From NCBI GenBank assembly GCA_946493085.1, contig CAMMAC010000006.1:1-61130 (forward strand): a DNA stretch of 61,130 nt, read 5' to 3'. The DNA is from an uncultured Clostridiaceae bacterium (GTDB lineage Bacteria > Bacillota > Clostridia > TANB77 > CAG-508). This document shows positions 21,096 through 32,133 of the stretch, in pieces (the first letter of the stretch is position 1; the number at the start of each line of letters is the position of its first letter). The notes under the pieces were generated by a model, which saw only the letters and a list, made by a program, of their open reading frames with translations, was not told the origin of the DNA and made no database searches. A program made the position numbers and the translations under genes.

Positions 21096-22163
21096 ATGGC
21101 AAAAGAAGAAAAAAATATAGAAAATAGTAACTTCTTTAAAAAAGTTTGGATATGTATTACGGACTTTGAAAAATATCCAGAACTTGCTGCACAAAAAGGA
21201 ACAAAAACATTAATATATATTGCAATTTTAATGGCAATTTTTTCACTAGTAGTAACTGTAATGAACACGGTCCAATTTTCCAATCAAATGGAAGAGGCTG
21301 TAACTTATTTTCAAGAAGAAATACCAAATTTGACTTTAGAAAGTGGAACGTTAACAGTAGAACAAGAAAATCCTATTATCATAGAAAATGAAGAAAGCGT
21401 GATTCCTCTTATTATTATTGATACGAATGCAGAAATTACAGAAGAGCAAATAGAAGAATACCGCAGTAAAATGCAAAATGTAGAGAATGCACTATTGTTT
21501 TTAAGAGAAAATGTAAGTATTAAAACAGCAGCTACAAATGGAGTCATGGAATATTCTTACCAAATACTAATGGAACAATATGGTATAGAAAAATTAGATA
21601 AACAAAGCATGATTCGTTATGTAAGTGGCAATAATAGAAATATGATATTAGTAAGCATGGGAATGATGACTTTTATTTATTCCTTTATGGTATATATGGT
21701 AAGTGTGCTAATGGATGCTTTCTTATTAGGTATAGTAGCTTATATAACAGCATTGTTATTACGTTTGCGTTTGAAATTTAGTGCTATGTGCAATATGGCT
21801 GCCTATAGCTTAACTTTACCGATTTTATTAAATTTGGGATATATTATATTAAATATGCTAACAGGTTTTGAAATGAAATATTTTGAGATTATGTATATTG
21901 GTATAGCTTATATTTATATCGTAGCAGCTATTTTAATGATAAAATCAGATGTAATGAAAAAAAGACAAGAACTTGCTCAGATAATAGAAGAACAAGCAAG
22001 GGTAAAACAAGAAATGGATAGACAAAAAGAAGAGGAAGAGCGCCAGAAAGAAGAACAAAGAAGAGAGGAAGAAAAGCGCAAGAAAAAGGAAGAAGAAAAG
22101 AAAAAAGAACAAGAAAAAAAGGAAAAACCAGTGGGAGAAGAACCACAAGGAGAAAATGGATAA
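21096..22163 (+). CDS. DUF1189-like membrane protein
   Basis: N-terminal TM, extracellular domain, several C-terminal TMs, charged tail. Confidence 0.6.
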   Translation: MAKEEKNIENSNFFKKVWICITDFEKYPELAAQKGTKTLIYIAILMAIFSLVVTVMNTVQFSNQMEEAVTYFQEEIPNLTLESGTLTVEQENPIIIENEESVIPLIIIDTNAEITEEQIEEYRSKMQNVENALLFLRENVSIKTAATNGVMEYSYQILMEQYGIEKLDKQSMIRYVSGNNRNMILVSMGMMTFIYSFMVYMVSVLMDAFLLGIVAYITALLLRLRLKFSAMCNMAAYSLTLPILLNLGYIILNMLTGFEMKYFEIMYIGIAYIYIVAAILMIKSDVMKKRQELAQIIEEQARVKQEMDRQKEEEERQKEEQRREEEKRKKKEEEKKKEQEKKEKPVGEEPQGENG

Positions 22164-22261
22164 TGAATATGATAGCATACCTACGCTCCAAATTATCCAG
22201 AATAACTCGTATAAAACCATTAAAGAATAAATGATGATAGAAAGAAGGGATTTAACAAAGT

Positions 22262-24094
22262 ATGAGTCATGAAAAAGATAAAATAGAGGATGAAAAAGAG
22301 CAAAATGCAAAAAATAAAAAGAAAAACAAGAAATATACCATCATAACGATTATTTTAACTATTCTATTCTTGATACTAGCTGGTATTCTAGCCTACATGG
22401 TTCTACAAGGAGATAAGGTAGAAAAGAAAGAGATTGCCTATACAGATTTAATTAAACAAATAACCGATGGAGAAGTAGAAAAAGTAGAAATGACAGTAGG
22501 CAGTACCACTGTCAAGGTAAAATTAAAAGATGTAGAAGAAGAGAAAACAGCAATAGTTCCTAATACGCAGGCATTTATAGAATTAGTACAAGATAAAGTA
22601 GCAGAAGGGAATAATATAGAATTAATACAAAATCCACAAAATGTAGTATTAGTTATTTTAGACGGTTTGTATGGAATTCTACCAATGTTAATGATTGTAG
22701 TGCTATTTGTATTAATTTTAAAAATGCAAGGATTAGGTGAAAAAGGAAAAGTATATGACAGTGAAGCGGTCAGAGAAAAAATAAAATTTGATGATGTAGC
22801 AGGATTAGATGAAGAAAAACATGAAATGATGGAAATTGTGCAATTCTTAAAAGAACCAAAGAAGTTTAATGAAATGGGCGCAAAAATACCAAGAGGTGTT
22901 CTATTATATGGAAAGCCGGGAACAGGAAAAACTTTGATTGCAAAAGCAATTGCAGGAGAAGCAGGTGTTCCATTTATTTCTATGAGTGGATCAGAATTTA
23001 TAGAAATGTTTGCAGGATTAGGAGCATCTCGTGTTAGAAAACTGTTTGAAAAAGCAAGAAAAGTGGCACCATGTATTGTATTTATTGATGAAATAGATGC
23101 TATTGGTTCTAGAAGAAGTAATGGTGGTGGAGCAGAAACTGAAAATAATCAAACGTTAAATCAATTATTAGTGGAGATGGATGGATTTGATACAGAAGAA
23201 ACTATTATAGTACTTGCTGCAACGAACCGACCAGAAATGCTAGATAAAGCACTTTTAAGACCAGGAAGATTTGATAGACAAATTACAATTCCGGCGCCAG
23301 ACTTAAGAGGAAGAGAACAAATTTTAGAAATACACGCAAAAGGAAAAAAATTTGCACAAGATATAGATTTAAAAAGTATTGCAGAAGATACAGCAGGCTT
23401 TACAGGGGCAGAATTAGCTAATATTTTAAATGAAGCAGCTATTATTGCAACTACAAGAGAACATGAAGAAATACAAGAAGTAGACTTAGAAGAAGCCGTA
23501 AAGAAAGTAACAGTAGGTCTTCAAAAAACAAGTAGGGTCATATCCGATAAGGATAAAAAATTAACAGCATATCACGAAGCAGGACATGCTATCGTTAGTA
23601 GATATTTAGAAACACAAGAACCAGTAAAAGAAATATCTATTATTCCACGAGGAGTAGCTGGTGGTTATACTATGTACAAAACTAATGAGGACAAAAACTA
23701 TATTGCAAAAACAGAAATGCTAGAGCGTTTAGTAGTTTTACTAGGTGGACGAGCAGCTGAAAAAATAGCATTAAATGATATTTCTACGGGAGCTAGTAAT
23801 GATATAGAAGTAGCTACCAAAATAGCGAAAGACATGGTAACCGTTTACGGAATGAGTGATGTAGTAGGAACCATATTTATTAATGTAGAAAAAGAACCAT
23901 ATGAGTTAGAATTATTAGGAGATAAATTTAGTAATGCGATTGGAGCAGAAGTAAAATTATTATTAGATAATGCTTATCAAAAAGCACAAAGCATTTTACG
24001 AGAGCATATGGACAAATTGCAAGCAATAGCAGAAGAATTACTAAAAAAAGAAGTCTTAACAGCCGAAGACTTCGAAAGATTTTTTGAACTTTAA
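22262..24094 (+). CDS. ftsH: ATP-dependent zinc metalloprotease FtsH
   Basis: [26 protein letters not shown]. Confidence 0.95.
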   Translation: MSHEKDKIEDEKEQNAKNKKKNKKYTIITIILTILFLILAGILAYMVLQGDKVEKKEIAYTDLIKQITDGEVEKVEMTVGSTTVKVKLKDVEEEKTAIVPNTQAFIELVQDKVAEGNNIELIQNPQNVVLVILDGLYGILPMLMIVVLFVLILKMQGLGEKGKVYDSEAVREKIKFDDVAGLDEEKHEMMEIVQFLKEPKKFNEMGAKIPRGVLLYGKPGTGKTLIAKAIAGEAGVPFISMSGSEFIEMFAGLGASRVRKLFEKARKVAPCIVFIDEIDAIGSRRSNGGGAETENNQTLNQLLVEMDGFDTEETIIVLAATNRPEMLDKALLRPGRFDRQITIPAPDLRGREQILEIHAKGKKFAQDIDLKSIAEDTAGFTGAELANILNEAAIIATTREHEEIQEVDLEEAVKKVTVGLQKTSRVISDKDKKLTAYHEAGHAIVSRYLETQEPVKEISIIPRGVAGGYTMYKTNEDKNYIAKTEMLERLVVLLGGRAAEKIALNDISTGASNDIEVATKIAKDMVTVYGMSDVVGTIFINVEKEPYELELLGDKFSNAIGAEVKLLLDNAYQKAQSILREHMDKLQAIAEELLKKEVLTAEDFERFFEL

Positions 24095-24113
24095 GGAATG
24101 TCCCTAAAGTTCA
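24085..24113. repeat. 29 bp REP-like palindrome (family 1) containing both convergent stop codons
   Basis: tgaactttaaggaatgtccctaaagttca; ftsH ends FEL* and the RluA gene ends VEL* inside its two arms. Confidence 0.8.
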
Positions 24114-24955
24114 ACTTTTTTACCATTTAAATAATCTAAAATGCCACTAGGCGTAGTGAATCGAAAAATAAGGCAATAGCTACATAAATTTTGCGTTTTT
24201 TGACCATATTTTTTATTTACCGAATGATTTCCGTATTTTTCATCACCTAGAATAGGAAAGCCAATATGTGCCATATGTGCTCTAATTTGATGGGTACGAC
24301 CAGTTTCTATAGAAATATCTAAAAGGGAAGTTTTTTGCTCTTTATTTTCCTTTAATACAGTATAGGAAGTGATAATTGGTCTATATCCTTTTTTGGGAGT
24401 ATCAGAAATATAAACTATAGATTTTTTTGCATCTTTAAATAAATAGGCATGCAAAATATCTTTCTTTTTTGGCAGGATGCCATAAACTGTTGCTAAATAA
24501 TGTTTTTCTATTTCATGTTGTTTGAATTTTGCTTCTAAGATAGAAAGGCTATCTGTATTTTTCGCAAATAAAACAAGACCAGTAGTATTTCTATCAATTC
24601 TATGACAAGGTTCTAAATAAGAGAAATAAAATTGAGATTGCAAATAAGAAGTCATAGAATTTTCTCCCACCACTTCTAAACCAGCAGGTTTATTGGCTGC
24701 TAAAATGTTATCATCTTCATAAATTACCTTAATTTCTTTTAAAAATGGATACAGTAATTCATCGGATATATAAACTTGCAGAGAATCTCCTGTTTGCAAA
24801 GTGACATTTTCTTTTATTCTCTGCCCATTCACACGAATATCTTTTTGACGCAGTGCTTTATAAAAAGTACTAGAGCTCATAGAAGGGTATAAATCCGATA
24901 AAAAATTATGTAATTTTTTTTGATTATATTTTTCATCTACTACTAAATTTTTCAT
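24104..24955 (-). CDS. RluA-family pseudouridine synthase with S4 domain
   Basis: NKPAG, HRIDRNTTG, TGRTHQIRAH, PILGDEKYG. Confidence 0.93.
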   Translation of the reverse strand: MKNLVVDEKYNQKKLHNFLSDLYPSMSSSTFYKALRQKDIRVNGQRIKENVTLQTGDSLQVYISDELLYPFLKEIKVIYEDDNILAANKPAGLEVVGENSMTSYLQSQFYFSYLEPCHRIDRNTTGLVLFAKNTDSLSILEAKFKQHEIEKHYLATVYGILPKKKDILHAYLFKDAKKSIVYISDTPKKGYRPIITSYTVLKENKEQKTSLLDISIETGRTHQIRAHMAHIGFPILGDEKYGNHSVNKKYGQKTQNLCSYCLIFRFTTPSGILDYLNGKKVEL

Positions 24956-25032
24956 ATATCCATTATATAAGATAAAATTTAAAAAATCAATTGCATTTTT
25001 AGAAGAGATATGGTAAAATTTAATACAGATTT

Positions 25033-25136
25033 TGTAGATGTTATTTATTTTCTTTTTGAAACACGGACGCACAGTTTGGGAGAATGTATATTCGACCAGC
25101 AAGGACAGTGAAAAAAGAAAATAAATAACATCTGCA
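25033..25136. repeat. 25 bp inverted repeat in the secG 5' leader
   Basis: tgtagatgttatttattttcttttt (25033-25057) matches the reverse complement of 25112-25136 at 24/25 positions. Confidence 0.8.
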
Positions 25137-25174
25137 CTGTATAAACTATGAGGAAGAAAGGGAAGGAAATAAAA

Positions 25175-25423
25175 ATGGAAATCGTAAAATATGTATTATT
25201 AGGAATATATGTTGTTGTTTGTATTGCTCTAATTATTGTAGCAACTATACAAACAAAGGATAAGGGTGGCGCATCTGAAACAATTATGGGTTCTTCTACC
25301 AATAATTTTTATGAAAAGAATAAAGGAAGAACAAGAGAAGGAAGACTAAAAAGAATGACCGTTATATTAGGTATTGCTTTTGTAGTTTTATCAATAGTAG
25401 TAGGAATTTTGTATGCAATTTAA
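25175..25423 (+). CDS. secG: preprotein translocase subunit SecG
   Basis: Two TMs, Q..KGGAS..IMG, upstream of rnr. Confidence 0.9.
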   Translation: MEIVKYVLLGIYVVVCIALIIVATIQTKDKGGASETIMGSSTNNFYEKNKGRTREGRLKRMTVILGIAFVVLSIVVGILYAI

Positions 25424-25491
25424 ATAGAAGGATAAAATAAGGATGTGGCAAAAATATTATGCTACATCTTTTTGTTTGAAAAAGTATAGGA

Positions 25492-27651
25492 GTGAATATG
25501 GAAGAAAGAGAAAAGTTAATTTTAGATTTTATGAAAGAGGAACAATATGTTCCTATGAAAGCAAAGGAAATAGCTTTGTTTTTAGAAGTACCAAAACAAG
25601 AGTATAGAGAATTTACCTTGGTACTGGATAGATTAGAAAAACAATATTTTATACAAAAAAGCAGGAAAGGTAAATATAGTTTAATAGATGAAACAAGGTT
25701 TAAACAAGGAATTTTTCGAGCTAATGAAAAAGGGTTTGGCTTTGTAAAAATAAACAATAAAGAAGAAGTGCATATTGCTAGAAATCAAACTAATGGAGCT
25801 TTAAATGAAGATGAAGTATTGGTAGAAATTCTACAAGACACAAAAGAAAAAAATAGAGAAGGAAGGATTGTTACTATTTTAAAACACGCCAAAACTACCT
25901 TAGTAGGAACTTTCCAAAACCATAAAACTTTCGGCTTTGTAGTGCCAGACGATAGAAAATTTGGAACAGATATCTATATTCCTAAGAGACATTTTCATGG
26001 TGCTCACACACGTGATAAAGTAGTGGTAGAATTAACGGTATTTGCAGAAAAAGGAAAGTCAGCAGAAGGAAAAATCGTAGAGGTGCTAGGAAAAACAGAC
26101 GAAACAGGAGTGGACATGCTTTCTTTGGTGAAAGAATATAGCCTTCCTTACGAATTTCCAGAGACTGTTTTAGAAGAAGCAAAGGCAATCAAAGAGCAAA
26201 TTCTGAAAAAAGAAATTCCACGTCGATTAGACTTAAGAAATAAAGAAATATTTACTATCGATGGAGAAGATGCCAAAGATTTAGATGACGCCGTTTTTGC
26301 AGAAGAATTAGAAAATGGAAATTATCGCTTAGGCGTATGTATTGCAGATGTTAGCTATTATGTGAAAGAAAATTCTAAACTGGATAAAGAAGCTTTTATA
26401 CGTGGTACTAGTGTCTATATGCTGGATAGGGTAATTCCTATGCTTCCAAAAGAACTTTCTAATGGCGTGTGCAGTTTAAATGCAGGAAAAGATAGATTGG
26501 CTTTAAGTGTTCTTATGGAAATAGATAAACAAGGTAAAGTGGTATCCTCTGATATACAAAAAGCCATTATTTGTGTTACGAAGAGAATGAGTTATCATGA
26601 AGTATCTATTTTACTAGATAGTATAGAAGGAAAAGAAATTACGAAGGAACAAGAAAAGATTGTAGAAGATAACAAAAATTACCTTGACCATTTTGAAAGA
26701 ATGGCAAAATGTGCGAAAATACTAAAGAAAAGAAGAGAAAAACAAGGAAGTTTAAATCTAGACATTCCGGAGAGCAAATTACTATTGGATGAAAATGGTT
26801 ATGTACTAGATATAAAACCATATGAGATTACCTTTGCCAATGAAATCATAGAACAATTTATGCTAACAGCTAATGAGACTGTGGCAGAACAATTCTATTG
26901 GTTAGAAGCTCCCTTTATTTACAGAGTACATGAAGAACCGGACGAAGATAAAATAAAAGAACTAAATACTTTTTTATATAATTTAGGATATCGCGTAAAG
27001 GCTTCCAAGGATAATATTCACCCTAAAGCTTTTGCAGAAGTATTAGATAAAATAAAAGGAAAAGAAGAGGAAAAAGTAATTTCTCATTTTATACTTCGTA
27101 CATTAAAGGTAGCAAGGTATGAAAGTGAAAATAAAGGACATTTTGGTATTGCAAGTAAATGTTATTGCCATTTTACTTCTCCTATTCGTAGATATCCAGA
27201 TTTATTTATCCATAGGATTATTTCTCATTATATAGATAAGGGTTATTCTGTAGAAGAAGATTGGAAAGAAAAAGAACAAGCTTTAGCTGCTAAGGCAGCA
27301 GAGCAATCTTCAGAGTGTGAAAAGGTGGCAAAAGAAGTAGAACGAGAAAGCGTAGATATGAAAATGGCAGAATATATGGAAGGGAAAATAGGCGAAAATT
27401 ACGAGGGAATTGTTTCTTCTATTACCTCTTTTGGCATGTTTGTGGAATTAGGAAATACTGTAGAGGGATTAATTCGCTTTGAACATATGGGAGAAGATTA
27501 CTTCTTCTATGACGAAAACAGAAAAATGCTAATAGGGGAAAGAACAAAGAACGCGTACCATATAGGAGATAAAGTAAGCATTCGAGTAATTGATGCTAGC
27601 AAGGAATTAAGGAGAATAGATTTTGAATTGATAGAAAAAAATGAACTTTAA
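25492..27651 (+). CDS. rnr: ribonuclease R
   Basis: Cold-shock domains (GFGFV), TIDGEDAKDLDDA, HFTSPIRRYPDL, S1 domain. Confidence 0.96.
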   Translation: MNMEEREKLILDFMKEEQYVPMKAKEIALFLEVPKQEYREFTLVLDRLEKQYFIQKSRKGKYSLIDETRFKQGIFRANEKGFGFVKINNKEEVHIARNQTNGALNEDEVLVEILQDTKEKNREGRIVTILKHAKTTLVGTFQNHKTFGFVVPDDRKFGTDIYIPKRHFHGAHTRDKVVVELTVFAEKGKSAEGKIVEVLGKTDETGVDMLSLVKEYSLPYEFPETVLEEAKAIKEQILKKEIPRRLDLRNKEIFTIDGEDAKDLDDAVFAEELENGNYRLGVCIADVSYYVKENSKLDKEAFIRGTSVYMLDRVIPMLPKELSNGVCSLNAGKDRLALSVLMEIDKQGKVVSSDIQKAIICVTKRMSYHEVSILLDSIEGKEITKEQEKIVEDNKNYLDHFERMAKCAKILKKRREKQGSLNLDIPESKLLLDENGYVLDIKPYEITFANEIIEQFMLTANETVAEQFYWLEAPFIYRVHEEPDEDKIKELNTFLYNLGYRVKASKDNIHPKAFAEVLDKIKGKEEEKVISHFILRTLKVARYESENKGHFGIASKCYCHFTSPIRRYPDLFIHRIISHYIDKGYSVEEDWKEKEQALAAKAAEQSSECEKVAKEVERESVDMKMAEYMEGKIGENYEGIVSSITSFGMFVELGNTVEGLIRFEHMGEDYFFYDENRKMLIGERTKNAYHIGDKVSIRVIDASKELRRIDFELIEKNEL

Positions 27652-27670
27652 GGAACGTCCTTAAAGTTCA
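27642..27670. repeat. 29 bp REP-like palindrome (family 1)
   Basis: tgaactttaaggaacgtccttaaagttca; contains the rnr stop and the stop of the convergent small ORF. Confidence 0.8.
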
Positions 27671-27847
27671 AGTTTGCCATACGAGTATATTACTAGCAAT
27701 AAGACTAAATAAGGAAATTGCTACTACACAAGATGCACCAAAATAATTTTTTTGTTTTTTCCACTCAAAAATAATATAAGGGATAGTGCGTAGTGTAAAA
27801 TATAAGCTAGCAATAAGAAATACGAAACGATATACAAAGCGAAACAT
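27668..27847 (-). CDS. small 2-TM protein at the end of the ger operon (possible receptor D-type subunit)
   Basis: GAGGAG RBS, two hydrophobic segments, directly follows gerC. Confidence 0.6.
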   Translation of the reverse strand: MFRFVYRFVFLIASLYFTLRTIPYIIFEWKKQKNYFGASCVVAISLFSLIASNILVWQT

Positions 27848-27867
27848 AATTATCAACTCCTCATTTT

Positions 27868-29073
27868 TTAACTGGTAGTAATCATAGTGCCTGTTTGAAT
27901 TTCTGCTTCCATTTTTACTTGAAAAGTAGCATATTGATAGTTGTCTAACCAGTTATAATCTTCAAACTCTGGTAAAGTAAGAAATAACGAAGCAGCATAT
28001 TTTCCAAATCCATTAATATCAGAATGAAAGACAGTAGAAGTTTTATACAAATATTGTGTTAATAAGTTTTCTAGGTGAAAGTTAACAGATTCAGAAATTC
28101 TTTTTAATGTAGTACTGTCTGCATAATTATCCTGTTCAGCCATAGAAGAAATAAATCCTTTTAATTTTCCTGTTACTGTAATGAAAGGAGTTCCATTAAT
28201 GATTTCTACTTTTGAGCTAAAATTTTGATTATTAATAGAAATATCTATTTTTTCCTCTTCGTTATCAGGATTGACCACAGAAAGTAGAAAAGAATCTACT
28301 TGATTACGCACAAGTGACAAACATAAGGTTTCTATGGCATTTAATTCTCCTACTAATTTATCTCCTTTAAAAACAGCAAGACCTAAATTTTCTGAGCCTT
28401 GTTCTCCTACAAAATTGGTTTCCATAGAACGTACATAAAAGTCATTACCACCTTGGATGGTTGCATCTACTTTACCGGTACTTACTCCACCTAGAATAGC
28501 AGAAGGTTCACAGGTTTTACAAACGAGAGCATTAAAAAAATCACCAATAGTTACATTAGAAACATAACCTGTATATTTGTTTGAGTTAGGAAAAACATCA
28601 TAATATTTAGTAATTAAACTTTCCAATGTGGGTTTAGTATTTTCTATATAAGAAAGAGATGTGGTCTTGCTAATAATAATATTAGTACTAGGTCTTAACT
28701 GTACATGGTTAATAAATGTGTAAATTAAATTAGAAAGTCCTTCTGCAGCTAATTCTTCCGAAAATACAATAACCTTACAGTGGGAAAGATTTAGTTCTTT
28801 AGAGATATAAGCGTTTATTAAATTGATAGCAGTATCAATAGAGGAAGCTTCTACACTATTAATAAAAGAAGGATTTTGCTCAGAAGATTGCTGTGAAGTT
28901 CCGGTAGTAAATTGGAAAGTAATTTTATAAGTTTCTTTTTCTCCTTTATCAATTCCTATAGCTACTACATAGGCAAGATTATCAATAGTAAGAGATGTAT
29001 AGGAAGGAGTAAAAGAAAATACCAAAATAAGAAGAACTATCACAATAAAACCGTTTTTAATCCATTTGTACAT
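27868..29073 (-). CDS. Ger(x)C family spore germination protein
   Basis: YVVAIGID, LSHCKVIVFSEELA, GLAVFKGDKLVG. Confidence 0.9.
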   Translation of the reverse strand: MYKWIKNGFIVIVLLILVFSFTPSYTSLTIDNLAYVVAIGIDKGEKETYKITFQFTTGTSQQSSEQNPSFINSVEASSIDTAINLINAYISKELNLSHCKVIVFSEELAAEGLSNLIYTFINHVQLRPSTNIIISKTTSLSYIENTKPTLESLITKYYDVFPNSNKYTGYVSNVTIGDFFNALVCKTCEPSAILGGVSTGKVDATIQGGNDFYVRSMETNFVGEQGSENLGLAVFKGDKLVGELNAIETLCLSLVRNQVDSFLLSVVNPDNEEEKIDISINNQNFSSKVEIINGTPFITVTGKLKGFISSMAEQDNYADSTTLKRISESVNFHLENLLTQYLYKTSTVFHSDINGFGKYAASLFLTLPEFEDYNWLDNYQYATFQVKMEAEIQTGTMITTS

Positions 29074-30166
29074 GCGTTTCACCTACCTTTTTTCTCTTTT
29101 TAAAATTAGCAAATAGAAGAATAGCAATATTTGCAAATAATATAAATCCCCATACCAGATAACGATAGATAGTGGTTTCATAAAATTTAGAGATAGCATA
29201 ATTTTCTGGAAATAGGCTAATTGCAAGCATAGTAAGTCCTATACAAGGAAGAAGAATGTTGGTATCTTTTAGTAAAGTAATTTTTTGTAGAATAAGAACA
29301 GAAAATTTCATTACTACACTTAGATAGCAACAAAAAACAGAAATCCAAATGAGCAAAAATATAGATTCTAGTCTTTGGAAAAAGGTACCAAATTCGATAT
29401 ATCTAGCAGCAGAGAAAAGTGGCATAATTTCATCTTCTGTAATAAAGAAAGAAAACATAAAGAGGATAGTAGCAATAGTAAGTAGCAAATAAATTCCTGT
29501 AATGATAATAGAAGTAATTGCTATTTTTTTGTATTGTTCTGGTTTCTTTAAAAGAGGTGGCAAAAAGTAGAGATAAGCAATACCACCAAAAGCAGAAATA
29601 TTACCTATTCCTGTAACAAAAGTATTAAAGAATCCTTCTCCTAAAAGAGGATACATTCTTTCAAGAGTAAAATTTCTAAGATTAGCCAAAAATAAAAATA
29701 CAACACTAGCAAGTACGATAGGAATCACTAAAAGATTCGTTTTTAGAGTAGCTGTAAAACTAAGACGATTTGCTATGCAAATTGCAATAATAAATAATAG
29801 TATTAAAAATAACAAGTCTGTATCAGGAAAATAAACAATTTTTAAGCATTCACAAAAGTTTCTTAGTAAAATACTAGAAGAAACTAGAAAATAGCTAATA
29901 AATAAAATTCCTAACAATTTTTTAAAAAGAGAACCACCTAGATATTCTGAGATGTCTAGAATATCCATGCCGGGAAATTTTTTAAATAAGCGGACAATAA
30001 AAATAACCAGTAATAGAGCAAGAAGACTTACATAGATAATATTAATAATAGTAGCAGATTTTGTAATAGAAAGCAGGTTTTTAGGAAGAGAAAGTATCGT
30101 GTGAGTAACAACAATAGTTAATAATATCATAATAGCTTCCATGGTTCCTATTTTAGATGTATGCAT
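29057..30166 (-). CDS. GerAB family spore germination protein (B subunit)
   Basis: About 10 TMs, FPG.DI, FFQRLESIF; lies between gerA and gerC. Confidence 0.9.
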   Translation of the reverse strand: MHTSKIGTMEAIMILLTIVVTHTILSLPKNLLSITKSATIINIIYVSLLALLLVIFIVRLFKKFPGMDILDISEYLGGSLFKKLLGILFISYFLVSSSILLRNFCECLKIVYFPDTDLLFLILLFIIAICIANRLSFTATLKTNLLVIPIVLASVVFLFLANLRNFTLERMYPLLGEGFFNTFVTGIGNISAFGGIAYLYFLPPLLKKPEQYKKIAITSIIITGIYLLLTIATILFMFSFFITEDEIMPLFSAARYIEFGTFFQRLESIFLLIWISVFCCYLSVVMKFSVLILQKITLLKDTNILLPCIGLTMLAISLFPENYAISKFYETTIYRYLVWGFILFANIAILLFANFKKRKKVGETHVQMD

Positions 30167-30168
30167 AT

Positions 30169-31879
30169 TTATTCATCCTCCTTTTTCTTTTCATATTTCC
30201 ATTTCATACTAATAGGAGCTTGTGCTTTTTCTTTTTTAGGAGAAAGATAAGCTGCTCTATATTCTTGCTTCCAAATAGGCGGAATCAAATAACTGTTTCC
30301 ATTTTTTTTCATAGAAGGGGCATAAGGAGCAGTGAAAGGAACACCAAAAGATTGAATATTACACAAAATAGATATATATACAAATAATCCTATGGCAATT
30401 CCTAAAAAGCCAGCCATATAGCCTAAAAAGATGAAAAGAAAGCGGAAAAAGCGTAAATGAAATCCAAAAGAAAAGTCTGGAATAGCAAAAGAAGATATTC
30501 CTGTGATTGCTACTACAATAATTAAAATGGGACTAACAATACTAGCATCTACAGCTGCTTGTCCCAATACTAGAGCACCTACAATACCGGATAGTAGGAC
30601 CGATAGGGGAAGGTACTCTAAGACCGGCTTCCCTAATTAACTCAAAAGAGATTTCCATAATCAAAATTTCAAAGATAATAGGAAATGGTACATTTTCTCT
30701 TGCACCTAGTATAGAGAAGAGTAGTTCTGTAGGTAATATTTCTTGATGGAAACTAGTAACAGCAACATATAACCCCGGCAATAGCAAAGTGAAAAAGGCA
30801 GCAATAAAACGAATGCATCTTAAAAAATTACCAAAATATGGTTTTAAGTTAGTGTCTTCTGGGGAAGACATAAAGTCTATTAAAGTGGCAGGCATAATCA
30901 TAGCGTAAGGTGCACCATTTACAAGTACTACAACGCGTCCTTGCAAAAGATATTTAGTAGCCTTATCCGGTCTTTCAGTAGTAATTACTTCAGGTACACC
31001 AATTTGGTTATCATTAATAATTAATTGCTCTAATTGGCCAGAAGAAAGCAGAGAATCTACACTAATGTTATTTAGTCGAAAGCGTACCTCTGCCACTAAA
31101 TCATCATTAGCAATATCTTTCACATAACAAAGAGCACATTTTGTTTGTGTAATTTCACCAATTTCTACATTTTCTACAATGAGTGATTCGTTATTAATAA
31201 TACGGCGTAATAGAGAGGTATTAATTCTGATGTTTTCTACAAAAGCTTCATGGGGTCCTTTAATAACAATTTCATTATTAGGCTTATCTACGCTTCTTTG
31301 CTGAAATCCCTTCACTTCTATTTGAAAGGCAATAGAAAGTGTATCTATAAATAAAGCACAGTTTCCAGCATTAACACCAGAAATAATCTCTTCAAAAGTA
31401 GAGTTTTGTTTTACATTATTTTGAGGAAGTAAACATTGAGAAATATATTCCATAATGTTAAAATGTTTTACTCTTCTAACGGTGATATTGTTGGTAATTG
31501 CTTCAGAAATAATCCTATCTTGAGTACCTTGATAAGAATTGGCATTATTTCTTAACATAAGAGGATTTAAAATAAAATCATTAATCAACTTAGAATCTAC
31601 CATGCCATCGATAAATAATAAAAATGCTTTATATTGTCTATTACGAGCAGATAAAGTAAATTCACGAATGACGATATCACTATTGATCATGGTGTTAAAT
31701 TTTGTTTTAATATACTCTAAATTTACGTCTAAACTTGTATAAATTGCTGTTTTTTGTTTACTCTGTTCATTTTGTACAGGAGAAGCAGTATCATTTGTAT
31801 TATCTGGCAAAGAGAAATCATATTGATATTCTGGCTTCCATTCCAATGAATGTAGCATATTTTGTAACCACTTTTTCAT
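30169..31879 (-). CDS. GerA family spore germination protein (A subunit); needs +1 shift at CGG 30589-30587
   Basis: KGPHEAFVE, TERPD, ELIREAGLRVPSPIGPTI, one extra C, then GIVGALVLGQAAV; 569 aa when joined. Confidence 0.92.
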
Positions 31880-32133
31880 ACATATTCCTTCTTTTAACAA
31901 TCTTTTTTAGTATGTTTTCCTAAAATGGGATTTTTTATACTGTTTTAATAATGGAATTATTTTTATTAAGAAATGTTTTATTGTGAAAAAAGTATTTCGA
32001 ATATTAATAGTAGTAACCTATGAATGAAAAGAAATGTGTTTTTTTCATGGAATAGCTTTTATTTCTGAAAAAAGTAGTGTAGAATAAATAGGAAATAAAG
32101 AACATAGTATAAAGAGAAAGGAAACATGTATAT

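Noticed and set aside
24085-24113. dif site or other recombinase site
   Set aside because: Seven dispersed copies and no resemblance to the XerD arm TTATGTTAAA; treated as a REP-like repeat.
25058-25111. tRNA or SRP RNA inside the inverted repeat
   Set aside because: Too short, with no cloverleaf and no SRP domain IV motif recognisable.
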